The position numbers and the translations under genes were made by a program. A model generated the notes under the pieces. The model was not told the origin of the DNA and searched no databases. It was given only the letters and a program-made list of their open reading frames with translations. A DNA stretch of 50,039 nucleotides from IMG/VR virus record IMGVR_UViG_3300000944_000001, positions 1 through 50,039 of that record. One strand, written 5' to 3'. This document shows, in pieces, positions 24,310 through 33,806 of this stretch; the stretch's first letter is position 1, and each line of letters starts with the position of its first letter. This stretch comes from a virus.

Positions 24310-25938
24310 ATGAAACCCACCCAACTCATATTCGCTGACGGCACCCCCATCCCGCCGCAGGCTGCCAACCTTGCCCGCATTAAGGCGGCTATGCCCAAAG
24401 ACGGCTATTCCGCTTTATTCGGCGGCGGCCGCGCCTTTCGCGGCACATCACAGGGGTCACAAGAACTGTCCCTGATGCGGTCGCCGCATATATCGGCAGA
24501 TGGCGCAGGCATCTATGAACGCCAAATTCTCGCAGATCGCGCCCGCGATTTGGTACGCAATGAATCGGATGCCAAAACCGCAACGCGCAAATCCGTTGGC
24601 ATGGTCATTGGCGCGGGCTGGAAACTTCAAGCCCGCCCTGACGCCGAAGCGCTTGGCCTGACCCGCGAACAAGCCCGCAAACTTGGTAAGCGCATTGAAC
24701 GTATCTTTAGCGCTTGGGCCACAGACCCGCGCTTTCTGTGTGACGCCCGCCGCCAAACTGACTTTGGCGGCATCCTGCGCCAACTCTTTGGTGAACGCCG
24801 CACGGTCGGCGAATTTGGCGCGGTCATGCAGCTTCGTGAAAACGGCCCAATGGGCGCAATGCAGACCTGCGTCAATGTCATTGACACAGACCGCATTTCC
24901 AATCCGCACGGCCGCACCAATGATGAACATCACCGCGACGGCTTTGACCTCGATGATTATGGCGCTTGGTATCAATGCCACCTGCAACGCCATCACCCTG
25001 GCGATTATGGCATCAGTCACGCGCTTCGGACATGGGACGCCATTCCGCGCGAAACAGACTATGGCCGCCCGGTCATGATTTATGGCCGGTCTATGGACCG
25101 CCCAGAACAGACGCGCGGCCTTTCACCCTTCGCGGCGCTTATTGAATCCGCTGCCATGAAGTCAAAAATTCGGCGCACTGAACTTCAAACGGCGCTGATT
25201 AATGCCATGTTTGGGGCCTTCATTCGGTCAAGCTTTGACCCGCAAGCTATGTCTGAAGTTCTTGGCCTTGGGTCCAGCTTTGGAAATTCCATGTCATCAT
25301 GGCAAGATGTCCGCCACACCTTCTATGAAGCCAACCCAGCTGAATGGAACGGCACCCGCCTGCCTGTCCTTGCACCAGGCGACAGTGTTGATTTGAATGT
25401 CGCGCCGCGTCAGGCTTCGGCGTTCAAAGACTTCACCGCCATCTTGGACCAATCCATGGCCGCTGACCTTGGTGTCTTTGTTGGCCAAATGAATGGCGAT
25501 TACACAGGGCTGAACTATTCCACATTGCGCGGCGCGTTCAATGAGGTTTGGAACTTTGTCACTATGCAGCGCGCCGATTTCCGCGTCCAAGCGGTGCAAC
25601 CCATTTACATCTGCATTTTGGACGAAGCCGAAGATCGCGGTGACTTTGATGACCTTGGTTTTGACATCCCGCCGCTTTGGGACAACCTTCAGGCGTGGTC
25701 CCGTTCCAATTGGGTTGGCCCGTCCCGCGGTCACATTGACCCTGAAAAAGAAGCCAAGGCTGACATCATCGCCGTGCGCGGCGGTCTATCCACCCGCACT
25801 GATGTCTTGGCGGCGCGCGGCATCGATATTGAAGATCACTATGCCCAGCTTGCCGAAGAAAAACAGCTTGCCGAAGACCATGATGTCACTTTCGAAACCA
25901 CAGATGGCGACCTCTTGCCAACACAAAGCGCGCCTTAA
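24310..25938 (+). CDS. Portal protein, lambda gpB family
   Basis: 542 aa, in the position between W and the S49 protease. Size and synteny match lambda B. Confidence 0.8.
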   Translation: MKPTQLIFADGTPIPPQAANLARIKAAMPKDGYSALFGGGRAFRGTSQGSQELSLMRSPHISADGAGIYERQILADRARDLVRNESDAKTATRKSVGMVIGAGWKLQARPDAEALGLTREQARKLGKRIERIFSAWATDPRFLCDARRQTDFGGILRQLFGERRTVGEFGAVMQLRENGPMGAMQTCVNVIDTDRISNPHGRTNDEHHRDGFDLDDYGAWYQCHLQRHHPGDYGISHALRTWDAIPRETDYGRPVMIYGRSMDRPEQTRGLSPFAALIESAAMKSKIRRTELQTALINAMFGAFIRSSFDPQAMSEVLGLGSSFGNSMSSWQDVRHTFYEANPAEWNGTRLPVLAPGDSVDLNVAPRQASAFKDFTAILDQSMAADLGVFVGQMNGDYTGLNYSTLRGAFNEVWNFVTMQRADFRVQAVQPIYICILDEAEDRGDFDDLGFDIPPLWDNLQAWSRSNWVGPSRGHIDPEKEAKADIIAVRGGLSTRTDVLAARGIDIEDHYAQLAEEKQLAEDHDVTFETTDGDLLPTQSAP

Positions 25939-25947
25939 AGTCCTATT

Positions 25948-27690
25948 ATGTCCTATGAATTACCGCTTCACCTGACCCTGACGGGCCGGCCTCTTTTGCT
26001 ATTCCCTGGCGTTGCCCAAGAATTGCATCATCGCCTGCAAGCGTCCTATGCCCCGCGCGCGGGTAAACTGTTCAACCGGGCAAAGCGCATGGCCGCCCGC
26101 CTTGGACAGCCAGACCCTGACCCAGAACTGCCCGAAGCTGGCGTCATGGCCGCCGCGCCGCGCCGCTATGCCTTGACGGCTGCTGACCCCGCCATCCGCC
26201 GTGAACCTTACATTGAACACATCACAATTGGCGGGCCTTTGCTTGATAAGGCTGAAATATTTGACGGCATAATTTGTGTTGACGGCTATGACAGAATCGA
26301 AGCGGCGCTTGCCCGCGCTATGGCAGACACAGATTGCAGCGGCATCTTGCTTGAAATCAACAGCCCAGGCGGCATGGTGTCAGGCTGCTTTGAACTCTCT
26401 GCCAAAATCCGCGAATGGGCGCAAGCCAAACCAATTGTGGTCCATTGCGCCGGCTTGCTTTGCTCTGCCGCTTATTCATTGGCATCAGGGGCCACCGAAA
26501 TTCACGCCCAGAAAACCGCGCTTATTGGGTCAATCGGTGTGGTCTATGGCCGCCTTGATGTCACAAATTGGAATAAGAAAAACGGCGTGAAAATCAACTT
26601 CATCAAATCAGGTGAACAGAAAGTCTGGGGCAACCCTGAAACTGAAATGGATGACGCGGAACTTGCCGCCCATCAGGCCGAAGTCTTGGAACTCGCTGAC
26701 ATGTTCTTTGATGAAGTGTCCGCAGGTCGCGGCTTGAAAACAGACGCTATCAAGGCGCTTGAAGCTGGCACCTATTTGACAGGCACCGCCATGACCCATG
26801 GCCTTGCCGACACCATTGGCGACCTTGGCGCGGCAATCGCGCGGGTCACTGACCTTGCCCAAAGCCCTGCGCCTGCGCCAACGCCAGACCCAGAAGCCAA
26901 CCCCGAAAATGAACCTGAATCCCAAACCGCCGCCAAGCCAAACCCGGCACCGGCACAATCGACAGCAAAGGAGTCACCTATGTCGAAATTCCTCCGCAGC
27001 GGCTTGGCCGCTAAACTCGCGCTAACCGCTTCAATGATGGCAATGAACGCCATTGAAGAAGATGACACCATTGACGCAATGGACGAAGATGAAATGGCAG
27101 ATGCCATGGATGACGCCGTTGATGATGAAATGGAAGCCATGGATGACGAAGAAGTCACAGCTATGGACGATGAACTTGATGCTATGGACGAAGCAGAACG
27201 CGAAGCCATGGAAGATGAAGACATCGAAGCCATGGACGAAGATGACGAAGCTATGACAGACGAAGATGGCGTTGACGCCAAATCATTCAAGGCCGCCGCA
27301 TCCCGCGCCGCCAATAAGGTTGTCGCCGCGCACAAAGCGGCATCCAAGCCAAAGCGCAGCGGTGCCAAATCAAAGCGCGGCAAGGCGTCAAAATCTGACA
27401 TCAACAACGCCGTGGCCGATGAACGCGCGCGCGTGGCGGCTATTCATGCCCTTTCCGGCGCGGCACAACATCCCGCCCTTGCCCAACACTTCGTCAAAAC
27501 AGGCGCAAGTGTCGAAGATGCTAAGGCTGGCCTTAAAGCCGCAGGCAAATCCGCGACAGGCAGCCGCATGAGCGGCGTCCACAACCCAACCATCGGCACA
27601 GGCGGCAACAAAAAATCTGCCGCGAAAGCCGCTGATGATGTCTTGGCGAAAGTCCAAAACGAGCGGTCCGCCAAAGTTCGCGGCCGCTAG
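25948..27690 (+). CDS. S49 (SppA/ClpP-fold) prohead protease fused to a scaffold-like C-terminal region (lambda gpC/Nu3-like)
   Basis: ILLEINSPGGMVSG, AAYSLASGATEI and GSIGV motifs. These are followed by an acidic AMDE repeat block and an Ala/Lys-rich tail. Confidence 0.85.
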   Translation: MSYELPLHLTLTGRPLLLFPGVAQELHHRLQASYAPRAGKLFNRAKRMAARLGQPDPDPELPEAGVMAAAPRRYALTAADPAIRREPYIEHITIGGPLLDKAEIFDGIICVDGYDRIEAALARAMADTDCSGILLEINSPGGMVSGCFELSAKIREWAQAKPIVVHCAGLLCSAAYSLASGATEIHAQKTALIGSIGVVYGRLDVTNWNKKNGVKINFIKSGEQKVWGNPETEMDDAELAAHQAEVLELADMFFDEVSAGRGLKTDAIKALEAGTYLTGTAMTHGLADTIGDLGAAIARVTDLAQSPAPAPTPDPEANPENEPESQTAAKPNPAPAQSTAKESPMSKFLRSGLAAKLALTASMMAMNAIEEDDTIDAMDEDEMADAMDDAVDDEMEAMDDEEVTAMDDELDAMDEAEREAMEDEDIEAMDEDDEAMTDEDGVDAKSFKAAASRAANKVVAAHKAASKPKRSGAKSKRGKASKSDINNAVADERARVAAIHALSGAAQHPALAQHFVKTGASVEDAKAGLKAAGKSATGSRMSGVHNPTIGTGGNKKSAAKAADDVLAKVQNERSAKVRGR

Positions 27691-27707
27691 GTCCACTAAC
27701 AAAGATT

Positions 27708-27750
27708 AACCCCTCGCTTCGGCGGGGGTTCCACCCCTTCCCTTTATTTT
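27708..27750 (+). terminator. Hairpin plus T-rich tract (possible attenuating terminator)
   Basis: AACCCCTCGC-TTCG-GCGGGGGTT (27708-27730, one bulge), then a T-rich stretch to about 27750. Confidence 0.4.
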
Positions 27751-27765
27751 ATTAGGAGTCGACGA

Positions 27766-28149
27766 ATGCAAACCGTCAAACATCAAACAGTTCGCCAGCT
27801 TGGCGCATTTCTAAAGAACGAATATAACTCTGATTATTGCCGCACATCTGGCACGTTCACAAACGACACGGACGCCGCTGTCCAATTACAGCCTGGCATC
27901 TTATTCACAGGTGACGCGGCGGCGCCCGCCATCTTTGACACAGCCAATGCCGCTGATGTCATTGGTGTCTGTATTACATCTGAACTTGTTCAGCCTGGCG
28001 CAACCGTGCCTGTCACAACTCTGACCGCTGGCCCTGCCATTCTTAACACAAATGAAATGGACTTCCCTGCGGACCCTGCCCAAGTGGCCACGATCGAAAC
28101 CGCTTTGAAAGGCCTGCTTTTTAAACTGACCAAAGGCCTGCCCGTTTAG
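27766..28149 (+). CDS. Head decoration protein (gpD position)
   Basis: 127 aa between the protease/scaffold and the major capsid gene. GGAG lies upstream. The call is mainly positional. Confidence 0.55.
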   Translation: MQTVKHQTVRQLGAFLKNEYNSDYCRTSGTFTNDTDAAVQLQPGILFTGDAAAPAIFDTANAADVIGVCITSELVQPGATVPVTTLTAGPAILNTNEMDFPADPAQVATIETALKGLLFKLTKGLPV

Positions 28150-28232
28150 GGCCAGCCGCCAACTTTCCCCGTCCCTTGCAAGATGACCGCATTTTGCAGG
28201 GGTAATTTCCCCTTTAGATAAAGAGACACACT

Positions 28233-29267
28233 ATGCCTGAAATTCCATTTCCTTTTAATATTGATAATATCACCAGCGCAATCAACCGCGAGCCAAACCT
28301 TTACAATCGCGCTGGCGAATTGATTGGTTTTGACCCAAGACCGCAAGCATCAATTGCTGCAACATTGGCTTATCAAGATGATGAAGTTGTCCTTTTGGAC
28401 CCTGTTGAACGCTCTGGTCCAAACCAGCAAATGAATCGTGAACGCACAGATGCAATCACCTTCAACATCCCGTCATATAAAGATGAAGATCTTTTGTCCC
28501 CTGAAGACATCCAAAATATCACGGCATTCCAACCAGGCCCAAAACAGCTTGAAATGCAAGCTGCGGCTTATTCCCGCCGCCTGCGGAAAATCCGCAAACC
28601 CTTTGACCTGACATTTGAATATTTACGTTTCAAAGCGATTCAAGGTATTGTTGCGCATCCCCGTCGGGATGACCTTTACAATCTATTTAATGAATTTGGT
28701 ATTCAAAAAAAGGTTGTTGGCTTTGACCTATCAAATCCGAATGCTGACATTCGGGGTGCTTGCCGTGATATGGTAGACCATATTGCGGATAACCTGCGCG
28801 GCGAAATTTCAAATGGCGTTCATTGTTTTGTCAGCTCTGATTTCTTTCATGCCTTGGATAGCCATCCAAACTATGAAAAATATTTGCAAGGTCATGCGGC
28901 TGCGTTAGGCCAACTTGAAAGCCGCCGTGGTGACACATCATCACCAAACCCGAAGCGCCGTATTGTCATCGGTGATGTGACATTTGAAAGCTACACTGCG
29001 AATGGCAAGAATGGTGATGGTGAGACTGTTAAGTTCTTGGAAGATGGACAAGGTAACGCCTTCCCAACTGGCACCCTCGAAGCGTTCCAAGAATATGACG
29101 CGCCGCCAAACCGCATGAACGCGGTTAACATGGCCCCGTCTGATGAAATCCACATTTACACTGAAGAACTCGGTAAAGAAAAAGGCATCGAAATTGAAGG
29201 TGAAGCTTGCAAGCTTTGCATTTGTGCGAGGCCTGAACTTCTAATCGAAGTCACGGCAGACGCTTAA
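28233..29267 (+). CDS. Major capsid protein, lambda gpE family
   Basis: 344 aa (lambda E is 341 aa as I recall), in the gpE position. Followed by a strong terminator. Confidence 0.8.
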   Translation: MPEIPFPFNIDNITSAINREPNLYNRAGELIGFDPRPQASIAATLAYQDDEVVLLDPVERSGPNQQMNRERTDAITFNIPSYKDEDLLSPEDIQNITAFQPGPKQLEMQAAAYSRRLRKIRKPFDLTFEYLRFKAIQGIVAHPRRDDLYNLFNEFGIQKKVVGFDLSNPNADIRGACRDMVDHIADNLRGEISNGVHCFVSSDFFHALDSHPNYEKYLQGHAAALGQLESRRGDTSSPNPKRRIVIGDVTFESYTANGKNGDGETVKFLEDGQGNAFPTGTLEAFQEYDAPPNRMNAVNMAPSDEIHIYTEELGKEKGIEIEGEACKLCICARPELLIEVTADA

Positions 29268-29291
29268 AACCTTCACGTCTGATCAGATTAA

Positions 29292-29325
29292 AATCCGCGC
29301 GCTATAAGCCGCGCGGATTTTTTTA
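29292..29325 (+). terminator. Rho-independent terminator after the capsid gene
   Basis: AATCCGCGCG (29292-29301) pairs with CGCGCGGATT (29310-29319), followed by a T-run. Confidence 0.8.
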
Positions 29326-29377
29326 AGACCAGATTGCCCGCCCCCCCCTCTTTTCATTCAATATAAGGAACCCCGCC

Positions 29378-29911
29378 ATGAAAATTCGTTTCACAAAAGA
29401 TTTCAGCTATAAAGCCAATAAAGCCGCCGCATCTAGTGACCGCTTCACCGCTGGCGTCACTTACCGCAATGTCACCAAAGATGTGGCCCTTGCCGCCGCA
29501 GCGGCTGGCGCAACTGACACGCCAGAGGCTTTGGCTTTACTCAAAGATTTTGGCGGCAAGACCGCGTTCAAAAAGGCGCAGAAAGACTTGGACAAGAAAG
29601 CGGTTGATTTGAAAAAGGCGCGCCAAGAACAGCGTAATCCCAAACCGTCCACTGAAATTGCCAAGCTGAAGAAACAGCTTAAAGATGAAAAGACATTGGC
29701 CGATGTCGAAATTGAAGCGCGCACCAAAGAACGCGATGACCTTCAAACCCAATTAGATGACCAAAATGCCGCCATTGATTTGCTTATTGAAGCTTACAAT
29801 CGGGCCGCTCCTGATGATGACAAAGCTGAAACCCTTGACGCTGTCACGGCGGCATTTGCGGCCATGTCATCTGGTGATGACGGCGCAACAGGAAACACAG
29901 GCGCGGCTTAA
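29378..29911 (+). CDS. Hypothetical Lys/Glu-rich coiled-coil protein (FI position)
   Basis: 177-aa ORF with AAGGA upstream. The call is positional only. Confidence 0.55.
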   Translation: MKIRFTKDFSYKANKAAASSDRFTAGVTYRNVTKDVALAAAAAGATDTPEALALLKDFGGKTAFKKAQKDLDKKAVDLKKARQEQRNPKPSTEIAKLKKQLKDEKTLADVEIEARTKERDDLQTQLDDQNAAIDLLIEAYNRAAPDDDKAETLDAVTAAFAAMSSGDDGATGNTGAA

Positions 29912-29938
29912 CCGCCGCCCCTCGCGCCCGTCAGCCCA

Positions 29939-30391
29939 ATGTCCCGCTTGTCTATGCGCCAACGCCTTGCGCGGCGCAGCCTGAACGTCATCTATAATCA
30001 CCACGGCCAATCTGTGAATGTGACCCTGCCTGGCGGGAATATCCTGTCAGGCCAGATTGCAAAGGTTGACATCATTGAAGCTGAACAGACCGTGGATGGT
30101 TCGCGCGTTGAAGTGGACATGAAGGGCTACACGGCGCGCTTTCGCCGTCACTGCGTTCCTGATGAAGTGCTGAAGGCACACCCAAGCGGCTTTCCAACTG
30201 GCACCCGTCTTGAATTTGACCCGCCTGTTTTAGAACACATTCACTTTCATGTTGACGGCAAGCCCCAAGCCTTCAACCGGGATGGCGGTCAGTTCATTGT
30301 GCAAATGACCCCGACAGGCGCACCAGACGCCGCCACAGTTGCCACAGACCCAAGCGGCACTGTTGTCCCTGCGGGCTTGCCACTAGGTTGA
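29939..30391 (+). CDS. Putative head-tail joining protein (FII position)
   Basis: 150-aa ORF. Positional call only. Confidence 0.5.
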   Translation: MSRLSMRQRLARRSLNVIYNHHGQSVNVTLPGGNILSGQIAKVDIIEAEQTVDGSRVEVDMKGYTARFRRHCVPDEVLKAHPSGFPTGTRLEFDPPVLEHIHFHVDGKPQAFNRDGGQFIVQMTPTGAPDAATVATDPSGTVVPAGLPLG

Positions 30392-30395
30392 TCTG

Positions 30396-31103
30396 ATGCC
30401 CTCTGACCGTTTATTGGCCATTCAAGGCAACCTTCAAACCACTATCGCCAGCCGCCGCAAGGGGGTCTTGACGGGTTTGAAGACTGGCACCAAAGAAAGT
30501 TCCACACTGACCAAGCGGCAGCTTCGGCGTGATGTTGAACAAGCGGGCTTTGCCCGCCGTGTGGCCACCACAATTCGTGATCAGCAATTCCCGAAACAAG
30601 GCCTGTCTTATTCGCCGACCGCGCTGATTTATTCCAAAATTCCGCACATCATGTCCACATTTGCAGATGGCCCAACCATTCGGCCCAACAAGGCCCAAGG
30701 CTTGGCCATCCCAATCCCCGGTGGTCCCGCCGCCCGTTTGCGGTTGCGTAAAGGTGAAGACACCATCACCGCCTTCAAGAAACGGTTTGGCCAAGATTCT
30801 CTTTTTGCTATCAAGCGCAAAGACGGCACCACAATTTTGGCGGCGCGGTTGCGCGGCACCGCGTCAGGCGCATTCACCCCGCTTAGAACCCGCAAGGCAA
30901 CCAAGACCCAAGGCGAACGCACATTGCTTGCGGGCCTTGTCACCGTGCCTGTCTTCACCTTGGCGCGACAGGCCAAACATCAACGCCGCCTGCGCACCCG
31001 CCAGATATTTGAAAAAGCGGCTCGCCGTCACCCTGACCGTTTGGTGTTTCATATCGCCAAACAAATGCGCGCATCCGAAGAAAAAACCAAGGTGTCATCC
31101 TAA
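30396..31103 (+). CDS. Putative tail completion/connector protein (positional)
   Basis: 235-aa basic ORF in the late operon. Confidence 0.5.
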   Translation: MPSDRLLAIQGNLQTTIASRRKGVLTGLKTGTKESSTLTKRQLRRDVEQAGFARRVATTIRDQQFPKQGLSYSPTALIYSKIPHIMSTFADGPTIRPNKAQGLAIPIPGGPAARLRLRKGEDTITAFKKRFGQDSLFAIKRKDGTTILAARLRGTASGAFTPLRTRKATKTQGERTLLAGLVTVPVFTLARQAKHQRRLRTRQIFEKAARRHPDRLVFHIAKQMRASEEKTKVSS

Positions 31104-31711
31104 TGGTTGATGATGTGACCAATCCATTGGCGTCCACACCAGGCACACAGACGCTATGGGGCGCGCTCTGCGCTGTCCGTGACCATTTGAACATCACACG
31201 CGAAACGGCGCTGACAGCGGCTAGGGCGGCTTATCAGGCCAAACACGGCCAATCTGTTGACTATCCCCCTGAAGGCCCTGTCCTGCCGTCCTGCGTCATT
31301 GATGACCCAACGGATGATGAATTTGACCCCAAGCCAAATGCGGACCCCAAAATCATCCGCCGCCTGTCATTGATTTCTGCAACAGCCCGTCAGGGTGAAT
31401 TGCTTGATGCACAAGTGGATGAACCCCAACACAATGATGAACTTGAATGGGTTATCATCTGCCCGGCGCAATATACCCTTGAACAATGCCAAGACATCTT
31501 TCGCCGTGGCATTGCCGAGATCGAAGCCGTTCTTGCGCCGCTGCGCTATTCAGGCCTAACCCCCCGCCCTGATGTGACTGACCAACGTCAGGCCATCAGT
31601 TTCAATTTTCCCAATGCTGAACGCTTGGCTTTTGATGTTGGTGAACATCGCGCTTTCGCCATAGCCATCAGCCTTGATTTCACCCTCAATGCCGTTTCGT
31701 GTCTTTCATAA
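31103..31711 (+). CDS. Putative tail terminator/completion protein (positional)
   Basis: 202-aa ORF whose start overlaps the upstream stop. Confidence 0.5.
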   Translation: MVDDVTNPLASTPGTQTLWGALCAVRDHLNITRETALTAARAAYQAKHGQSVDYPPEGPVLPSCVIDDPTDDEFDPKPNADPKIIRRLSLISATARQGELLDAQVDEPQHNDELEWVIICPAQYTLEQCQDIFRRGIAEIEAVLAPLRYSGLTPRPDVTDQRQAISFNFPNAERLAFDVGEHRAFAIAISLDFTLNAVSCLS

Positions 31712-31723
31712 AGGATTCCCGCC

Positions 31724-31921
31724 ATGCCAACTAAAAAAACACCCCCAACCCCGAAGCCTAACCCCAAGCCAAACCCAAAGCCGAAACCTGCCAAAATTGC
31801 TTATGTTAAGCACAGCGGCACTGGCAAGGTCATCCGCAAGGCGGGTGTCCCAAAGGGTCAGGCCAAACAATATAAGCCCGCCACTGCGCTTGACATCGCC
31901 ATGGCTGGCATCATCCGCTAG
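31724..31921 (+). CDS. Small basic protein with a KPNP repeat
   Basis: 65 aa with PTPKPNPKPNPKPKPAK at the N-terminus. Confidence 0.45.
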   Translation: MPTKKTPPTPKPNPKPNPKPKPAKIAYVKHSGTGKVIRKAGVPKGQAKQYKPATALDIAMAGIIR

Positions 31922-31977
31922 GCCCGCACCGCCGCGCCTTCACACCCCGCAATTCACACAACTAAAAGGAACGCCCC

Positions 31978-32994
31978 ATGCCTCCAATCGGTGACACTAA
32001 TCAGGCTTACACAGCCAACCTTCCCCGCTATAGCGAAAAAAGCTTTCATCTCGCGGCGCAAACTGACCCAGATGCGCCCGCAGACACAGGCTTTCAAGCC
32101 CTGCATTTCTTGGACTATACGCCAAGCCAAACCCAAGACACCCAAACCGTCACAGAATATGGCGGCGCAAGTAATTCCGTGGATGCCACAGACCCTGAAT
32201 TTGGTGACATCACGGTTGCCGGGGCGTTGCAGCGCCGCTTGGACCTAAATGAAGAATGTCTTTATTTGGCTTTTGCGCTTGGCGTTCCTGTCACCACAGC
32301 AAACCCCGACGGCACTTTTACCCATGTTTACACATCGGGAAAACCTATTTTGCCGCTTGCCACTATCCGTGACGCAGATCAGCACAACACCCGTCTTGTG
32401 GACGGCGTAGCCTTCAACAGCCTATCAATCGCGGTGGCCCGCGCAGGCGGCACCCAAGTTGTCAATTCAGACCTTGTCCCGCGCGGCTATGAACTGAACG
32501 GCGCGGCTTTGCCTGAAGCGGCTTTCTCTGACGCCTTTGACCGCCTATTTGTGGCGCAAAACAATATGAGCGTGAAAGTCAATGACACCCAACTTGGCCG
32601 CCTGATTGATGCCTCTTTTGAATATAATGCAGATATTCAGTCAGAACGCTATGTTCAGCCCGGCGACCGCGTCAATGAAACCTTTGTTGGCGACCCAACT
32701 CTAACCCTTGGCTTTGGCGTCCGCCATGTGTCAGAGGCGCAGCGCGCCGCGCTTGGCGGCCCAGACGCGCCGATGAACGTCAAAATTGTTGGCCTTGGTC
32801 CTGTTGTCGGGACGGCGCAAACCTCTATCACCTATGAGGCGCACCGCGTTATTGGGCCAATTGTATTCCCTGAAAAGGATGACAAGCTTCAACGCTTGAA
32901 CTTTTCAGGTAATGCGTCACGCGGCACTGAAGACCATATGTTGAAAGTGACTTTGGTCAACACTGTCAACCCATTCGGCGCGGCGACCGGCTAA
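31978..32994 (+). CDS. Major tail tube protein (gpV position)
   Basis: 338 aa immediately upstream of the G/GT chaperone pair and the tape measure gene. Confidence 0.7.
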   Translation: MPPIGDTNQAYTANLPRYSEKSFHLAAQTDPDAPADTGFQALHFLDYTPSQTQDTQTVTEYGGASNSVDATDPEFGDITVAGALQRRLDLNEECLYLAFALGVPVTTANPDGTFTHVYTSGKPILPLATIRDADQHNTRLVDGVAFNSLSIAVARAGGTQVVNSDLVPRGYELNGAALPEAAFSDAFDRLFVAQNNMSVKVNDTQLGRLIDASFEYNADIQSERYVQPGDRVNETFVGDPTLTLGFGVRHVSEAQRAALGGPDAPMNVKIVGLGPVVGTAQTSITYEAHRVIGPIVFPEKDDKLQRLNFSGNASRGTEDHMLKVTLVNTVNPFGAATG

Positions 32995-32995
32995 A

Positions 32996-33424
32996 ATGGA
33001 TTTAAGCACAAAGCGCGTTGATGAAGTTTGGAAATTTCCAAGCGGCGCATCGCTAACATTCCGCAAATGTGAAAGTCTTGATGAAGACATCGCCAGCACA
33101 ATTGCCGTGAATTATTACAAAGACATCACCACAGGCACCCAATTACGGGATGACTTTGCCTTGACGGATGACGGCATGGATGCGCTTTTTGAAAAGATTG
33201 GGTCTGGTGTTGATGACACCCGCGCCTGGTCTGATTATCTGTTTTGTGTCGCCTTGATGGAGCGCTTAGTCAGTAAGGCTGAAGGTTTCACAATCAACGG
33301 CGAGGCCGCGCCAAAATCCCGCAAACTCTTTGCCACAATCTTGCGTGACCCCGCATTCAAAGCGGATTGGAAAAACCGCGCTTATAAACCGCTTCAGCGA
33401 AAGCAACTGGCGGGAAACGTCTAA
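32996..33424 (+). CDS. Tail assembly chaperone (gpG-like)
   Basis: 142 aa between the tube and tape measure genes. It ends 6 nt after the slippery heptamer. Confidence 0.8.
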   Translation: MDLSTKRVDEVWKFPSGASLTFRKCESLDEDIASTIAVNYYKDITTGTQLRDDFALTDDGMDALFEKIGSGVDDTRAWSDYLFCVALMERLVSKAEGFTINGEAAPKSRKLFATILRDPAFKADWKNRAYKPLQRKQLAGNV

Positions 33425-33804
33425 AGCACCGCGTGGCCCATAAGTTTGGCCCCGGTGCAAAAGACTGCCAAGATTGCAAAGATGCGGACCTGCCCTGCGC
33501 CAAAGGCCTGCCATGTGCCAATGGCAGTTTCTGCGATTTGGTCACCTATGAGTTCAGAACCGATGAAGAGATTGCTTTGTTTGATTTGGTCGGTCATCCG
33601 TCCATTTGGAAAACCAATCTTGGTGAACGGCCAATCTTAGACTTCCCCGCTATGCTAACCCAAATTGACCTCTTGCCAATTGACATCCCCAAGCCTGACC
33701 GCCTGCTTTACTTGCGCGCTATGGATGCGGGCATGGTGATGGCGCAGGCGCAAAATAAAGCCCGCGCGGATGCCCATGTCATTCCAACTGGAAAACCACA
33801 CTAA
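32996..33804 (+). CDS. Tail assembly chaperone G-T fusion product (-1 frameshift at 33412-33418)
   Basis: The -1 frame is open from the slippery site to 33804, just before the tape measure start at 33807. This is the conserved arrangement in long-tailed phages. Confidence 0.75.
33412..33418 (+). promoter_or_regulatory. Programmed -1 ribosomal frameshift slippery heptamer G_GGA_AAC
   Basis: The zero frame reads GCG GGA AAC GTC TAA. The -1 frame reads GGG AAA CGT CTA AAG CAC CGC GTG GCC and continues without a stop into ORF 33433-33804. Confidence 0.8.
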
Positions 33805-33806
33805 AC

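Noticed and set aside
24457-25020. 187-aa minus-strand ORF inside the portal gene
   Set aside because: It is entirely antisense to a strongly supported lambda-type portal gene and has no independent start signals.
26772-27407. 211-aa Ser-rich minus-strand ORF
   Set aside because: It is antisense to the acidic repeat region of the protease-scaffold gene. The low-complexity poly-Ser translation is the complement of the GAT/GAA repeats.
28167-28178. CCCCGTCCC(C)TTG motif upstream of the capsid gene, matching the 13-bp repeat in the 19.0-kb hub; considered as a late promoter element
   Set aside because: Close variants also occur inside coding regions (for example 13270-13278 and twice near 38941-38970), so the recurrence may reflect composition. 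I have too little evidence without a full motif count.
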